A stretch of DNA of 64,000 bases from positions 196,747 through 260,746 of the forward strand of contig JBPCLO010000026.1 of NCBI GenBank assembly GCA_051003155.1, read 5' to 3'. Positions 19,067 through 30,229 of this stretch are shown here, piece after piece. The notes below the pieces were generated by a model, which was not told the origin of the DNA, searched no databases, and worked only from the letters and a program-made list of their open reading frames with translations. This stretch comes from Fimbriimonadales bacterium. Lineage in GTDB: Bacteria > Armatimonadota > Fimbriimonadia > Fimbriimonadales > ATM1. Position 1 is the first letter of the stretch. Every line of letters begins with the position of its first letter. The position numbers were made by a program, and so were the translations under genes.

Positions 19067-21291
19067 GACGCCGCTTTGCCGCCGAAGGTGCGCTGGATGC
19101 TGATGACATCCTGCATCGAGCCGATCTTGTTGATCACGCTTTGCAAGTGGTTCACGTCTGTCACGTCGACCGTCATTTCCAGTAACGCCGTCTGGTTCGG
19201 AAGCGTCCTGACCTTCGCTGAACTAACATTCGTCTTAGATTCGCCGAAAATATTGCCGATATCGGCGAGCAATCCTTGACGATTGACGGTCTGAATTCGC
19301 AGATTCGCCGAAAAAGATCCCTTGCCATCGCGGGGCCAGTCCACCGGAATAATCCGGTCGGGATCGGTCTGCTCGATCGCGGCGAGGTTCGGGCATAGCT
19401 TCCGATGCAAAATCACCCCTCGTCCCTTTGAAATGTATCCGACGCACTCGTCGCCCGGCACCGGCAGGCAGCATTTGGATCGCCGAAATGCGATATTGTC
19501 CACGCCGCCGGGCGCGATCGAGACAACCTGCGCGATAGGCGAAACGTGCCGCGCCTTACGCTCCTGCTTGCGCTGTTCCTGCACGAGCTTCGTGACCGCA
19601 CGGGTAACTCCCACATAGCCATCACCCACGGATGACAGCAGGTCGACGACGTTCTTTTTCTTAAGAGCGACCGCCGTTTCTGCGAGCTTCTGATTGGTCA
19701 GGAATTCCTTCGGGTCGTAACCCAATGTCTTCAGCTCTCGCTCGAGCGCTTCCCGGCCCCTTTGGGCGTTCGTCTCGCGGTTCAATTGCCTTAGAAAAGC
19801 ACGAATCTTCGAACGCGCGTTGGCAGTTTTGGCTATTCGCAGCCAGTCTACGCTTGGTTGGGCATTGCTCCTGGTCATCACCTCGACGATGTCGCCGTTG
19901 TCGAGCTCGTGGTCGAGTTTGACCATCCGCCCGTTTACCTTCGCGCCAATGGTCTGGAGGCCCACCTGAGAGTGGACTCGAAAAGCAAAGTCCAAGGGCG
20001 TCGAGCCACGCGGCAGATCGATCACGTCGCCCTTAGGAGTGAACGCAAACACCTGCTCCGAAAACAGGTCTACGCTGATTGACCGTAGGAATTCGCTGCC
20101 GGTGTTGGCTTCGCTCGACCAGTCGAAGAGCTGCTGTCGAAGCTTGCCTAGCCGGGTCTGTTCCTCGACGTCCAACTTGGTCTTGACAGCACGGGCCTTG
20201 TATTGCCAGTGAGACGCAATACCGAACTCGGCCATCCGGTGCATCTCGAAGGTCCGCATCTGAACTTCCATCGGCTCGCCGTGGGGGCCGATGACCTTCG
20301 TATGGAGGGACTGATAACCATTCGATTTTGGCTTTGCGATGTAGTCGAAGAATAGGCCTGGTATCGGCTTCCACAGGTCGTGCGCAATGCCGAGCGCCTG
20401 GTAGCACTCGCTTTCCGTATCGAGCAGCACGCGGATTCCGATCAGGTCGTAGATCTCTTCGAACTCGAACCCATGCACAGCCATTTTCTCATAAATACTG
20501 TAAAGGTGTTTCGGCCTCCCCTGAACCTCTGCGTTCCGGATATCAACAGCCTCGAGCCTTTCCTTAAGCTGAACGATCGCTTCAGAAAGCTCCTGTTCGC
20601 GCTCCTTTCGTGTTTTAGCGACCAGGGCGCCCACCTCGTCGAATTCCTTAGGGTGGAGGTGCTTGAAGGCGAGGTCTTCTAATTGCCACTTGATCTGCCA
20701 AATTCCAAGTCTTGCCGACAAAGGTGCATATATATCGAGGGTTTGCTGCGCAATCTGGACTCGCTTCTCCTCACCCATCGCTCCAAGAGTCTGCATATTG
20801 TGAAGGCGGTCGGCGAGTTTTATCACCATCACCCGAAAGTCGTTGGCCATGGCCATCAGCATCTTCCGCATCGTTTCGGCAAACCGAACCCTTTCTTCCG
20901 ACGCCTGCCTGCTGGACGAGACCGGAATCGGCGGAAACTGCATTTTTGTGACGCCTTCCACGAGATTAAGAACTTGGTCCCCGAAGGTCAGCACGATCTG
21001 CTCGGAGGTCACCGCGGTGTCCTCGAGAACGTCATGCAAAAGCGCGGCGATAATCGTGTCCTCGTCCATTTTGAGGTCGGCGAGGATTTGCGCAACCGCT
21101 AGCGGGTGCGTGACATACGGATCCCCGGTTCTCCGAACTTGGCCCTGATGCCCCATCTCGGCGAGAAAATAGGCGAGCCGGATCTTAGCAACGTCAGCCA
21201 TCGGCCTCTCTCGTCGAAGGGTCTCGACCAGTTCGAGCAGCCCCCCAGGCGCCTCCCACTGGTCGGGAATCTCGGGCTTCCCCGAGATCAT
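19063..21291 (-). CDS. relA: Bifunctional (p)ppGpp synthetase/hydrolase (Rel)
   Basis: HD hydrolase motif (LHDVLED), KLADRLHNM, synthetase PKSNGYQSLHT, TGS (FTPKG), CC zinc finger and ACT domains. Confidence 0.96.
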   Translation of the reverse strand: MISGKPEIPDQWEAPGGLLELVETLRRERPMADVAKIRLAYFLAEMGHQGQVRRTGDPYVTHPLAVAQILADLKMDEDTIIAALLHDVLEDTAVTSEQIVLTFGDQVLNLVEGVTKMQFPPIPVSSSRQASEERVRFAETMRKMLMAMANDFRVMVIKLADRLHNMQTLGAMGEEKRVQIAQQTLDIYAPLSARLGIWQIKWQLEDLAFKHLHPKEFDEVGALVAKTRKEREQELSEAIVQLKERLEAVDIRNAEVQGRPKHLYSIYEKMAVHGFEFEEIYDLIGIRVLLDTESECYQALGIAHDLWKPIPGLFFDYIAKPKSNGYQSLHTKVIGPHGEPMEVQMRTFEMHRMAEFGIASHWQYKARAVKTKLDVEEQTRLGKLRQQLFDWSSEANTGSEFLRSISVDLFSEQVFAFTPKGDVIDLPRGSTPLDFAFRVHSQVGLQTIGAKVNGRMVKLDHELDNGDIVEVMTRSNAQPSVDWLRIAKTANARSKIRAFLRQLNRETNAQRGREALERELKTLGYDPKEFLTNQKLAETAVALKKKNVVDLLSSVGDGYVGVTRAVTKLVQEQRKQERKARHVSPIAQVVSIAPGGVDNIAFRRSKCCLPVPGDECVGYISKGRGVILHRKLCPNLAAIEQTDPDRIIPVDWPRDGKGSFSANLRIQTVNRQGLLADIGNIFGESKTNVSSAKVRTLPNQTALLEMTVDVTDVNHLQSVINKIGSMQDVISIQRTFGGKAAS

Positions 21292-22067
21292 TCGGCGACC
21301 TCCACGATGTAGGCTACACCACCAACGTCCGTTTTGGCTGCCAACAGAATTTGTCCCTTGCCCGTGCGACCGAAGAACTCGACCTTCGGAAAATCCGCCG
21401 GCGCACTCCAACTGATTTTCTGATCGGCGTTGTCTGCGATATGTACGATCCGCTGCCCTCCGTCGGAAGCCTCGAGCAGAAGCACTCCAGCTTTAATCGA
21501 CGCCAAAATGCCTCGGGCCTCCGGCGCTTTGCCCACGAGCCTACGACCTCCATCGCGCTCCAAGCGAAATATTTGCCGGTCATACGACAGTGCGTAAAAG
21601 GCACCGTTCTGGGCTGGGCAAAAGTCCAAGAGCCACGGGAAGAACAATTCGTCGCCGTCCTTGCCGAGCATCGGTTCCACGTCGCTGCTGTCCGAAGTCT
21701 TCCACGCCATCGAGCCGCTTTGCAGGCAGAACAACACTCGGTCCTGGCCGTCGACCCGGGCGATGTTCGGGAGCACGACACGGGTTTGCCAATCGCGAAC
21801 TCCTTTGTAGGAATAGAGCCCCACCGTCTCCCTTTCATAATCGACGACGATCAGGCCCTTTGACGTCGCCAACAACTCGAGGTCGGGACCGAACTGCTCG
21901 GCGAATGATTGCATCTTTTGCAATTTATTTCCCGCGACCTTATACTTATCGATTCGTCCGGAGATTGCCAGATAGGCAAAGTCATGTGCATCCACCGCGA
22001 ATCCCTTTGTGGGATCGGCCGGCAAGACGATAGCCGTGGCGATGAGCGCAGCCGCTATCGCAATCAA
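21288..22067 (-). CDS. Hypothetical exported protein (beta-propeller-like)
   Basis: Signal-like N-terminus; 4-nt overlaps with kdsB and relA. Confidence 0.65.
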   Translation of the reverse strand: MIAIAAALIATAIVLPADPTKGFAVDAHDFAYLAISGRIDKYKVAGNKLQKMQSFAEQFGPDLELLATSKGLIVVDYERETVGLYSYKGVRDWQTRVVLPNIARVDGQDRVLFCLQSGSMAWKTSDSSDVEPMLGKDGDELFFPWLLDFCPAQNGAFYALSYDRQIFRLERDGGRRLVGKAPEARGILASIKAGVLLLEASDGGQRIVHIADNADQKISWSAPADFPKVEFFGRTGKGQILLAAKTDVGGVAYIVEVAE

Positions 22068-22792
22068 GCTCTCGCCCTCGCTTCCAGCAGGCGTCCGGCT
22101 TCTGCAGCTTGCTCCGGCGTGTCGACGGCGAGTGGCGTTCCTAGAGCGTAGGACATGTGGATCGCGATGCCGTTTTCCATGAAGCGAAGTTGCTCGAGAA
22201 CCTCGGCCTTTTCGAGCGGAGTTGGCGCCCAGCCGGCGAAGTCTGCCAGAACGCGCCTGGTATAGCAGTAGAGGCCAACATGCTTCTTGGGCCGGTCGTT
22301 CATCTCACCGCGAACGAAAGGAATTGATGATCGAGAAAAGTATAGGGCCTCCTGTCGTAAGTTGATAACAACCTTGACGACGTTCGGGTTCGCCTCGTCC
22401 CCGGAATCGGCCCAATCGTAGACGCTGGCCATCTCCGCCTCGCCGCGGGCGACCGGCGCTGCGCACGCGTCAATCGATTCAGCCAAGATGAAGGGCTCGT
22501 CCCCCTGCACATTAATGTAGCCGTCCGCCGGCATCTTCTCGGCAACCTCGGCGATCCGGTCTGTACCGGTGGGGTGGTCGTGCCGAGTCAAGACCCCACG
22601 AGCGCCAAACTTCTGAGCCGCATCCACGATGATTTGGTCCGGAGTCCCGATCACGATATCCGCAGGAATCGAGGCTCGCTGCACGGCCTCGAAAACCCAC
22701 TGTATCATCGGCTTGCCCGCAAGATCGACCAACGGCTTCCCAGGACACCGCGTGCTCGCCATTCTCGCCGGAATCACCGCGATCACTTTCAT
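22064..22792 (-). CDS. kdsB: 3-deoxy-manno-octulosonate cytidylyltransferase
   Basis: IPARMASTR.PGKPL, TGTDR, NVQGDEP, LYFSR and LEQLR motifs. Confidence 0.95.
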   Translation of the reverse strand: MKVIAVIPARMASTRCPGKPLVDLAGKPMIQWVFEAVQRASIPADIVIGTPDQIIVDAAQKFGARGVLTRHDHPTGTDRIAEVAEKMPADGYINVQGDEPFILAESIDACAAPVARGEAEMASVYDWADSGDEANPNVVKVVINLRQEALYFSRSSIPFVRGEMNDRPKKHVGLYCYTRRVLADFAGWAPTPLEKAEVLEQLRFMENGIAIHMSYALGTPLAVDTPEQAAEAGRLLEARARA

Positions 22793-22833
22793 ATGCGAAT
22801 AATAGCGCGTCACCGGCTCCATAATTCTTCTCA

Positions 22834-24057
22834 ATGGATCGAAGGGTGCTGGTTGTTGGCTCCGGCGCTGCCGGGATCATCGCCGCTTGGAAGGCGGCAA
22901 GCGACGGCGCATCAGTCACGCTTCTAGAAAAGACGCCTCGAATCGGAACGAAAATTCTGATCTCCGGCGGTGGGAAGTGCAACATCACCCACGGCGGGCC
23001 GATCGAAGATCTTCTGAGTGCGTTCAGGCCCAACGAGGCCCGCTTCATCCGGCCGGCTTGCTATCGCTTTACCAACGATGAGATCATCCGTATGCTTACG
23101 TCGCGAGGGCTAAGGGTTTACACACGGCCGGACGGTCGAATTTTCCCGGTGGACGCCACGGCAAAGGACGTGGTCGCGATTCTCGGTTCCTTTCTGCGTG
23201 ATGCCGGAGTGCTTGTTCGCTTGAAAACGGCGGCGACATCGCTCGTTGCCGAAGATCGGCAGGTTCGAGGCGTCCGCACAGACGCGGACGTGCTGACGGC
23301 CGACGCCGTGATCCTGTCGGTCGGCGGCAGTTCGTATCCGAACAGCGGGACGACCGGAGACGGTTGGCCGTGGGCGAAGGCTCTTGGACACAAAATCGTA
23401 CCGGTCAAATCCGCTCTCGCACCAATCGACCTCAAGGAACGTGCCCTTCCGGTAGGGGTGGCGCTGCGCGATTGCGTCCTCAAAGCCCGGTCCAACGACA
23501 AGGAGTTCGCGCGATGGCGCGGCGACCTTCTGTTCACCCACCACGGCGTATCCGGCCCGTGCGCACTCGGCATCAGCCGTGAGGTCGCCGAGGCTGGCGG
23601 CGTTTCACTTGAAGCCGACGTCGCCCCGAACGAAGGTTTTGAGGAGCTTGGCCAACGCCTCGTAAACTATTGCCGTGAGAACCCGAAGAAGCAAGTTTCC
23701 GGCGCCATCGCGGAGCTCGTCCCCGAAAGCATCGTCGAAGTAGTATTCGATCGCGCCGAAGTCGGGCGCGAAACAATGTGTTCAAATCTCGATCGGAAGG
23801 CGCGCAACCGAATCGTCGCAACCTTGAAGGCGTTGCCGCTGGGTCAAGTTAATAGAGTGCCGCTTGAAAAAGGAGAGGTCGTGTCGGGCGGCGTTTCTCT
23901 AGACGAGGTCGACCCGCACACGATGCGGTCTTTGAAAGCCGAGGGCCTCTACCTATGTGGCGAGATGCTCGACATTGCAGGCCCAGTCGGCGGCTACAAT
24001 CTGCAAGCCGCTTTTGCCACAGGATTCGTCGCAGGCGAATCGGCTGCGTGCTCTTAA
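22834..24057 (+). CDS. HI0933/YhiN/BaiN-family flavoprotein
   Basis: GSGAAG, KILISGGGKCNITH, FTHHGVSGP and GGYNLQAA motifs. Confidence 0.93.
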   Translation: MDRRVLVVGSGAAGIIAAWKAASDGASVTLLEKTPRIGTKILISGGGKCNITHGGPIEDLLSAFRPNEARFIRPACYRFTNDEIIRMLTSRGLRVYTRPDGRIFPVDATAKDVVAILGSFLRDAGVLVRLKTAATSLVAEDRQVRGVRTDADVLTADAVILSVGGSSYPNSGTTGDGWPWAKALGHKIVPVKSALAPIDLKERALPVGVALRDCVLKARSNDKEFARWRGDLLFTHHGVSGPCALGISREVAEAGGVSLEADVAPNEGFEELGQRLVNYCRENPKKQVSGAIAELVPESIVEVVFDRAEVGRETMCSNLDRKARNRIVATLKALPLGQVNRVPLEKGEVVSGGVSLDEVDPHTMRSLKAEGLYLCGEMLDIAGPVGGYNLQAAFATGFVAGESAACS

Positions 24058-24156
24058 CCTTCTGATAATTAGTTCAAGAAGGTTTCTTCGCGGATGGCTC
24101 CCAACATCATTCCGGGCCGACGAATCGACCCCACACAACCCAAGGAGGCATCCATC

Positions 24157-25600
24157 TTGAAGCATCTTCATCAGAATCGAGCCGTGCTGATTGCGGCCCT
24201 GGCCCTTTGCGCTGCGGGCTCGCAGGCTCAACTAAGAGGTCCGAGCAGCTCGCAGGATCCGTACATCCTGCCCGCCGCTGGACGCGTTGAGACCATTTCA
24301 ATCATCACCGTGGGCGACTTCGTCAACTTGAAGCCGGACGGCAGCCCCTACTACTTGGTCGGTATTCCCGACGGCATGGGCGCCTGGTCAGGAGGCAAAG
24401 GCGCATTCAACCTGCTCGTCAACCATGAATTAAGGGGTATCCAGGGCACCGCGCGCAGACATGGCGAGATCGGAGCGTTTGTTTCGCAGTGGAACATCGA
24501 CTCGAAGACACTTCGCGTCGTGGGGGGCCATGATCTGATTCATACCGTAAACATCGTCAACGGAGACGGTGTGCTCAGGCGCCTCTGCTCGGCCGATCTT
24601 GCAGCACAAGGAGCTTTTTACTATCCCGAAGGCCAAGTTGGAACCGAGATCAAATTGTTTCTGAACGGCGAAGAAGACGACGATGGCCGCGCGTTCGCGC
24701 ACATCGTCGATGGAAGTCTTGGTGGCACCAGCTATGAGCTTCCCTTATTCGGAAAGCAGGCATGGGAGAACGTTGTCGCCTGCCCGACGCCTCAGGATAA
24801 GACTCTGGTGATCGCCATCGACGACACGACTCCCGGCCAGGTGTTTGCATACATTGGTACGAAGCAGGCCGACGGCCTTCCGCACGAGAAGGCAGGACTC
24901 ACCAACGGATCCCAATGGGGAATCCGTGTCCCGAACGTAGTTGAAGAGAGCCGCGAGACCGGCCTCAACGGCGAGACACGATTCGAACTCGCGGAACTCG
25001 GCGACGTTTCGGGCTTAAGCGAGGATGAGTTGAACGCTCTGTGCGATACCGCCGGCGTTACCCGCTTCCTCCGTCCCGAAGATGGATCTTGGGACCCGAC
25101 ATCGCCCAATGACTTCTACTTCGTGACGACGGACCGGTTCGACAATAACGAGCAGGAGGGCCGCAGCCGGCTGTATCGCTTGCGCTTCGACGATATCTCG
25201 AACCCGGGCAGCGGGCGGCGAGATCGAGGCGCTTCTCGACGGCACCGAAGGGCAACAGATGATGGACAACATGACGATCGACAGATTTGGCAATGTCCTC
25301 ATCCAAGAGGATCCGGGTAACCAAGAGCACATCGCCAAGGTCTGGAACTACTCGATCGGAACCAACGAAATGGTAACGATCGCGGAACACAACCCATTCT
25401 TCTTCTTCGGCGAAAACGCGCTGACGCGAGACGAAGAGTCTTCGGGAATCATCGACGCCAGAGACTTGATCGGTCCCGGCTGATTCCTGCTTAATACGCA
25501 GGCCCACTACACCGTTCAGCACTTCTCGGCCAGGGGTTACGCGGAACTGGTCCAAGGCGGCCAACTCATGGCTCTCTACAATCCCGCCTCCAACCGATAA
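24157..25600 (+). pseudogene. PhoX/DUF839-like secreted phosphatase, interrupted by a frameshift (~25207-25216) and an in-frame TGA (25481-25483); possibly sequencing errors
   Basis: IPDGMGA, VNHE, LCSADL, NGEE, WEN, RPEDG, MDN, QEDPG, ESSG and QAH motifs continue across both breaks. Confidence 0.8.
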
Positions 25601-25742
25601 CTCACACCCAACGCGGTGGACACTTTGGAGAGGTGGCCGCCGCGGCGCTCGGTCGCAAACGGCAGCCATTTTTCCCAATGACCCACTCGACGCCTTGCCG
25701 AGTATTGCAATCTGCCCTCAGTCGCGCCAGAATGGTATTTCG

Positions 25743-28700
25743 ATGCTGCTTTTACCACTCCTTGCGCTTGTCAGCCAACTTGACCTGACCTTTGACCCGG
25801 GTCCCAATCCGCTACTGCTCCAGCACCCCACGATCAATGAATGGCAAATCGTTTTCCAGTTCGCGGGAGACCTGTGGTCGGTTCCTCGATCCGGCGGAGA
25901 TGCGAGCCGTTTGACAAGCTCGCCCGGCGTCGAGTCCGCGCCTTTCTTCTCCCCAGATGGACGAACCGTCGCCTTTACGGGCCAATACGACGGGAATACG
26001 GACGTGTTTATCGTGCCGGCTGGTGGAGGAGTACCGAAGAGGCTCACCTATCACCCTTCGGGAGACCAAGTCATCGGTTGGACGCGGGACGGCAAGGCGG
26101 TCGTGTTCGCTTCGGCTATGCTATCGAATACCGATTCTCCTCGGATGTTCACGGTCAGCACGAGCAGCGGGGTGCCGGTCGCGCTTCCCCTTCCGGAAGG
26201 CACAATGGCCGATTTTTCACCCGACGGCCAGTCCCTTGCGTATGTCCCGGGATTCAAATGGCAGGACGCATGGAAGCGGTATCGTGGTGGCCAAGCATAC
26301 GCGATTTGGATCGCCCGAATGTCGGATTCGAAAGTGTATGAGATACCCCGCAAGGGCTGGAACGACTTCATGCCGATGTGGGTTGGCGACAAGGTCTACT
26401 ATCTCTCCGATCCGAAGGGCCCGGTGGGTCTCTTCAACTACGACATCGATGCGAAGCGCGTTTCTGAAGTCATCCCAGGAAACGGCTTCGACATAAAGTC
26501 GGCCTGCGCGGGGCCGGGCGCTATCGTTTATGAGAAGCTTGGTTCGATTCATCTGTACGATCTCGCAACAAAGAAGTCGAGCCGTGTGCCTATCGATGTT
26601 CGCGGCGATTTTCTGGAGGTTCGCCCCGCTTTCAAGAGCGTCGGCTTCAACCTAACCGGAGCCAGTATTTCGCCGACCGGGCAACGGGCGGTTGTCTCCG
26701 CTAGAGGTTGGATTTTCACGGTTCCCGCGGATAAGGGAGATGCCCGATTGCTCAACGACAAGCAAGGCGTTCACCGACGCGACCCTGCATGGTCACCCGA
26801 TGCAAAGACCATCGCGTACATAACCGACCAAGCGGGCCGGCAGCAAATGGCGCTCTATGACGCCACGACGAACAAGGAGAAGCTCGTAGACCTCGGCGAC
26901 TCTCCTGCCTATTACTTCGGCCCCAACTGGTCACCGGATTCCAAGAGCATTTCCTATAACGACAACCGAAACCAGCTTTGGATTCTTGACGTTGTCTCGG
27001 GCAAGAACGCGCTCGTCGATCAGTCCACATACACCGACCCCTATGTGAGTATGGGCGCACGCTGGTCGCCTGATTCGAAGTGGCTGACATGGGCCCGCGA
27101 CTTGGACAGCCACATGCAAGCCGTGTACGTGTACGATGTCACGATCGCCAATAAGACCCGCGTTACCGACGGCCTTTCAAACGCGAAGAGTCCCATTTTC
27201 GATCGGGACGGCAAGCATTTGTACTTTTTCGCAAGCACGAACGCGGGCCCATCGCTGAGCTGGCTGGACATGTCGAGCCTTACGAATCCGAGCGTGACCA
27301 GCAGCGTTTATTGTGTCGTCTTGCGTAAAGACTTGCCCGACCCCCTGCATCCCGAAAGCGATGAGGAAGCGATCAAAGAGACTCCTCCCGCTACACCGAC
27401 CGCAACTCCTCCTGCCGAAGCGCCGAAGAAGCCGGAGCCTCCGAAGTTTAACATCGAGCTCGACGACATCGAGCACAGGATCATCGCCCTGCCCATGCCG
27501 GCGGGTACGTACTCGGCGCTCGAACCAGGCCCCGCGGGTACCTTTTTCGCGGTCACCGGTCCCTCGGGCCCCTTCGGCTTCGGAATGGGAGCCGTCTCGA
27601 AGTTCTCGATGGCCGATCGCAAGAGCACGCCTTTTGGGAGCGCTATGGGGATCCAAACTTCCGCGGACGGCAACAAAGCGCTGCTCATGTCCTTTTCCGG
27701 GCTTTCAATTGTCAGCACGGCCGCGCCTCCGCAGCCCGGAACAGGAATCGACATGTCGGACCTTAAGGTAAAAATCGATCCGAAGGCCGAGTGGAAATCG
27801 ATTTTCTACGAGATCTGGCGTAACGAGCCGATGCTCTTCTATGCCGCGAACTTGCACGGCATCGATGCCGGCCTCATGCGCAAGCGATATGAACCGTTCC
27901 TAGACAACGTGGCGTCGCGCGACGATCTGAATTACCTTTTCACCGACATGCTCGGAGAGATCGCCATCGGCCATATGTGGGCGTCCGGTGGAGATATTCC
28001 CGGAATCTCGGGTGTACCCGGAGGATTGCTCGGCGCGGACTTCTCCTTCGAGAACGGCAAATACAAACTCGTCCGAGTTTATGACGGTGAGCGGTGGAAC
28101 CCGAATCTCAAGGCGCCGCTCGCCCAGCCAGGCGTTAACGCCAAGGGCGGCGAATACATCCTGGCGATCGACGGAAAGGAACTCAAGGATTCCAACGACA
28201 TTTACGAGATGCTCGAAGGCAAGGCGGGAAAGCAGGTGAAAGTTAAGATCGGGCCGAACGCTGCGGGAACAGGCGCGAGAGAGGCTGTCGTCATCCCGGT
28301 AGCAAGCGACTTCAACCTAAGGAACAGGGCATGGTCGGAGGACAACCGGCGTTACGTCGAGAAAACAACGGGTGGCCGTGCCGGGTACGTTCATGTGCCC
28401 GATACTGGAGGGGGAGGCTGGACGTCATTCCTCCGCTATTACTACTCGCAGACCGATAAGGACGGGATCATCGTCGATGAGCGTTTCAACCACGGCGGCC
28501 TGATTAACGACTTTATGATTTACGAGATGAGCAAGACGCTCGACGCCGTCTTCACGCCGCGCACGGGCAAGGATTGGCCCACGCCGGGCGCCACGATCTA
28601 CGGGCCCAAGGTCATGATCGTCAACCAATTCGCCGGCTCCGGAGGAGATATGTTCCCCTGGCTGTTCAAGCACAAGAAGGTCGGCCCGGTCGTCGGCAAG

Positions 28701-28994
28701 CGGACTTGGGGCGGCCTCGTGGCTTCGTTTGGCTTCCCCACGGTCGACGGGGGCGGCATCAACGCGCCGAACTGTGCGTTCTATAACCCGCACACCGATA
28801 AATGGGAGGTCGAAGGTTACGGCGTCGATCCCGACATCGAGGTCGAACTCGATCCGTATCTGTGGAGACAGGGCAAGGACGCTCAACTCGAGCGGGCGAT
28901 TGCCGAGATGAACAAGATGCTCAAAAACTATAAGCGGCCGGTTCTAAAGCGGCCCGCAAACCCCGACAAGACGAAGATCGGGTTCCGCCACTAG
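25743..28994 (+). CDS. Tricorn protease-like S41 peptidase
   Basis: PD40 repeats (FSPDG), PDZ domain, DERFNHGG, GSGGD and GKRTWGG motifs. Confidence 0.95.
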   Translation: MLLLPLLALVSQLDLTFDPGPNPLLLQHPTINEWQIVFQFAGDLWSVPRSGGDASRLTSSPGVESAPFFSPDGRTVAFTGQYDGNTDVFIVPAGGGVPKRLTYHPSGDQVIGWTRDGKAVVFASAMLSNTDSPRMFTVSTSSGVPVALPLPEGTMADFSPDGQSLAYVPGFKWQDAWKRYRGGQAYAIWIARMSDSKVYEIPRKGWNDFMPMWVGDKVYYLSDPKGPVGLFNYDIDAKRVSEVIPGNGFDIKSACAGPGAIVYEKLGSIHLYDLATKKSSRVPIDVRGDFLEVRPAFKSVGFNLTGASISPTGQRAVVSARGWIFTVPADKGDARLLNDKQGVHRRDPAWSPDAKTIAYITDQAGRQQMALYDATTNKEKLVDLGDSPAYYFGPNWSPDSKSISYNDNRNQLWILDVVSGKNALVDQSTYTDPYVSMGARWSPDSKWLTWARDLDSHMQAVYVYDVTIANKTRVTDGLSNAKSPIFDRDGKHLYFFASTNAGPSLSWLDMSSLTNPSVTSSVYCVVLRKDLPDPLHPESDEEAIKETPPATPTATPPAEAPKKPEPPKFNIELDDIEHRIIALPMPAGTYSALEPGPAGTFFAVTGPSGPFGFGMGAVSKFSMADRKSTPFGSAMGIQTSADGNKALLMSFSGLSIVSTAAPPQPGTGIDMSDLKVKIDPKAEWKSIFYEIWRNEPMLFYAANLHGIDAGLMRKRYEPFLDNVASRDDLNYLFTDMLGEIAIGHMWASGGDIPGISGVPGGLLGADFSFENGKYKLVRVYDGERWNPNLKAPLAQPGVNAKGGEYILAIDGKELKDSNDIYEMLEGKAGKQVKVKIGPNAAGTGAREAVVIPVASDFNLRNRAWSEDNRRYVEKTTGGRAGYVHVPDTGGGGWTSFLRYYYSQTDKDGIIVDERFNHGGLINDFMIYEMSKTLDAVFTPRTGKDWPTPGATIYGPKVMIVNQFAGSGGDMFPWLFKHKKVGPVVGKRTWGGLVASFGFPTVDGGGINAPNCAFYNPHTDKWEVEGYGVDPDIEVELDPYLWRQGKDAQLERAIAEMNKMLKNYKRPVLKRPANPDKTKIGFRH

Positions 28995-29008
28995 GTCTTC
29001 GCAAAGCC

Positions 29009-29034
29009 GCCCTCACTCATGGAAGAGTGAGGGC
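29009..29034 (+). terminator. Hairpin after tricorn protease
   Basis: GCCCTCACTC-ATGGAA-GAGTGAGGGC. Confidence 0.7.
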
Positions 29035-29045
29035 AGAAGAACGCG

Positions 29046-30009
29046 GTGACTTCGCATAGCGGGGTGTATTCGTACGATAACGCCTCCCGGCTGACTTTGG
29101 TCGTCATACGCGAGCGGCACCCCCGTGAACGAGAACTTCACTTGGTACGACGACAACTCGCTGAAGACCTACCCCGGCCCCGGCTACTCGCGGCTTCTCG
29201 ATTACGACGAGGAGGCGCGGCTGACATCGATCAAGAGAGACGCCGGCGGCCGCAGGTGGCGGAAGGACTACGACAACAACGTCTGGAACTGGTACCTGCG
29301 GCGTGGCATGCTCGGCGGGCGAATTAGTTGAATTAGCCAGCGACCTATCTGGTAGCCAGTGGACTGTTCAATACCAGATACTTAAGGGAGAAGACATTGA
29401 ACGGGTGAATAGCGTCAATGTCCACCGTAGTGTCGCCGCCCCGTCCTGGTCGGGGCTGATAACCGACAACTTCGGACAAACGGTGACCATACCGCGTCTA
29501 GATTATTTTGGCGTAGATCGGCAGAACGTTGATTATTGGCAGGCAGGCGTGGCGGCTGGAATGCTGTGTTGGCTGGCTGTCCATCAACGGACGACGAGGA
29601 CCAGATCAGCACCCAGAGACAACATGGACAAAAGGCACCTTCTCGCCGATTCACTAAGGCGAAGTGCGATTCTATATATCAGAATTGGCTGACAAAGCTC
29701 GAATCGATTCGGCAAGGCTGCCTTGATCGATGTTTAGCGATTGAAGGAGGGATAGCAGCCCTGTGTGCCACAACCTTCGCTGCTCCCGAGCCGTTCATAA
29801 CAAAATTAGTGGCTGCGGGAGCCGCGTTAATCTGGGACTTCAACTATTATGCCTGCCGGAACCGCTGTCAACAAGACTATCGGCGAGGTTTAATGATGCT
29901 CTCGCTTGGTACCATCGTTGCCTGGCACGGATGGGTTATTAGGAGACTTCGATATGCTAACTATCACGTTCGCCTTTGCCGCGGCCCTCCTACTGTGGGC
30001 AAGCCTTAG
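29046..30009 (+). pseudogene. Degraded RHS/YD-repeat protein with Cys-rich C-terminal (putative toxin) domain
   Basis: YSYDNASRLT, FTWYDDNSL, DYDEEARLTSI and LDYFGV spread over several frames, followed by a Cys-rich helical ORF (29536-30009). Confidence 0.65.
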
Positions 30010-30229
30010 CGTACGCCTAGGGAACTTGGAGAATTATCTGAAGCTCTCACGCAAGCTAAACTGGCTCGAGGTTGGACTCTTCCTATTAGCTACCGGGTGC
30101 TGGCTGGCGAGTCTCAAGGCCAGCGACGCAGAGGTTGAGCAAAAGCTGTTGTCGTTGGAAGCGCGTATTCGCGCTGCGGAGGTTCGGCAAAAGGTGTCGG
30201 ATACGCCAGCGAGGTGGCACCGTGAGTAG
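29954..30229 (+). CDS. Small two-TM membrane protein (possible immunity protein)
   Basis: AGGAG RBS, two hydrophobic segments, directly after the RHS remnant. Confidence 0.5.
   Translation: MLTITFAFAAALLLWASLSVRLGNLENYLKLSRKLNWLEVGLFLLATGCWLASLKASDAEVEQKLLSLEARIRAAEVRQKVSDTPARWHRE

Noticed and set aside
25481..25483. In-frame TGA in the PhoX-like gene as a third Sec codon or as evidence of UGA=Trp recoding
   Set aside because: The context GPG*FLLNTQAH fits Trp rather than Cys, I see no convincing hairpin, and the gene also has a frameshift. Many intact genes here end in TGA, so the standard code applies.
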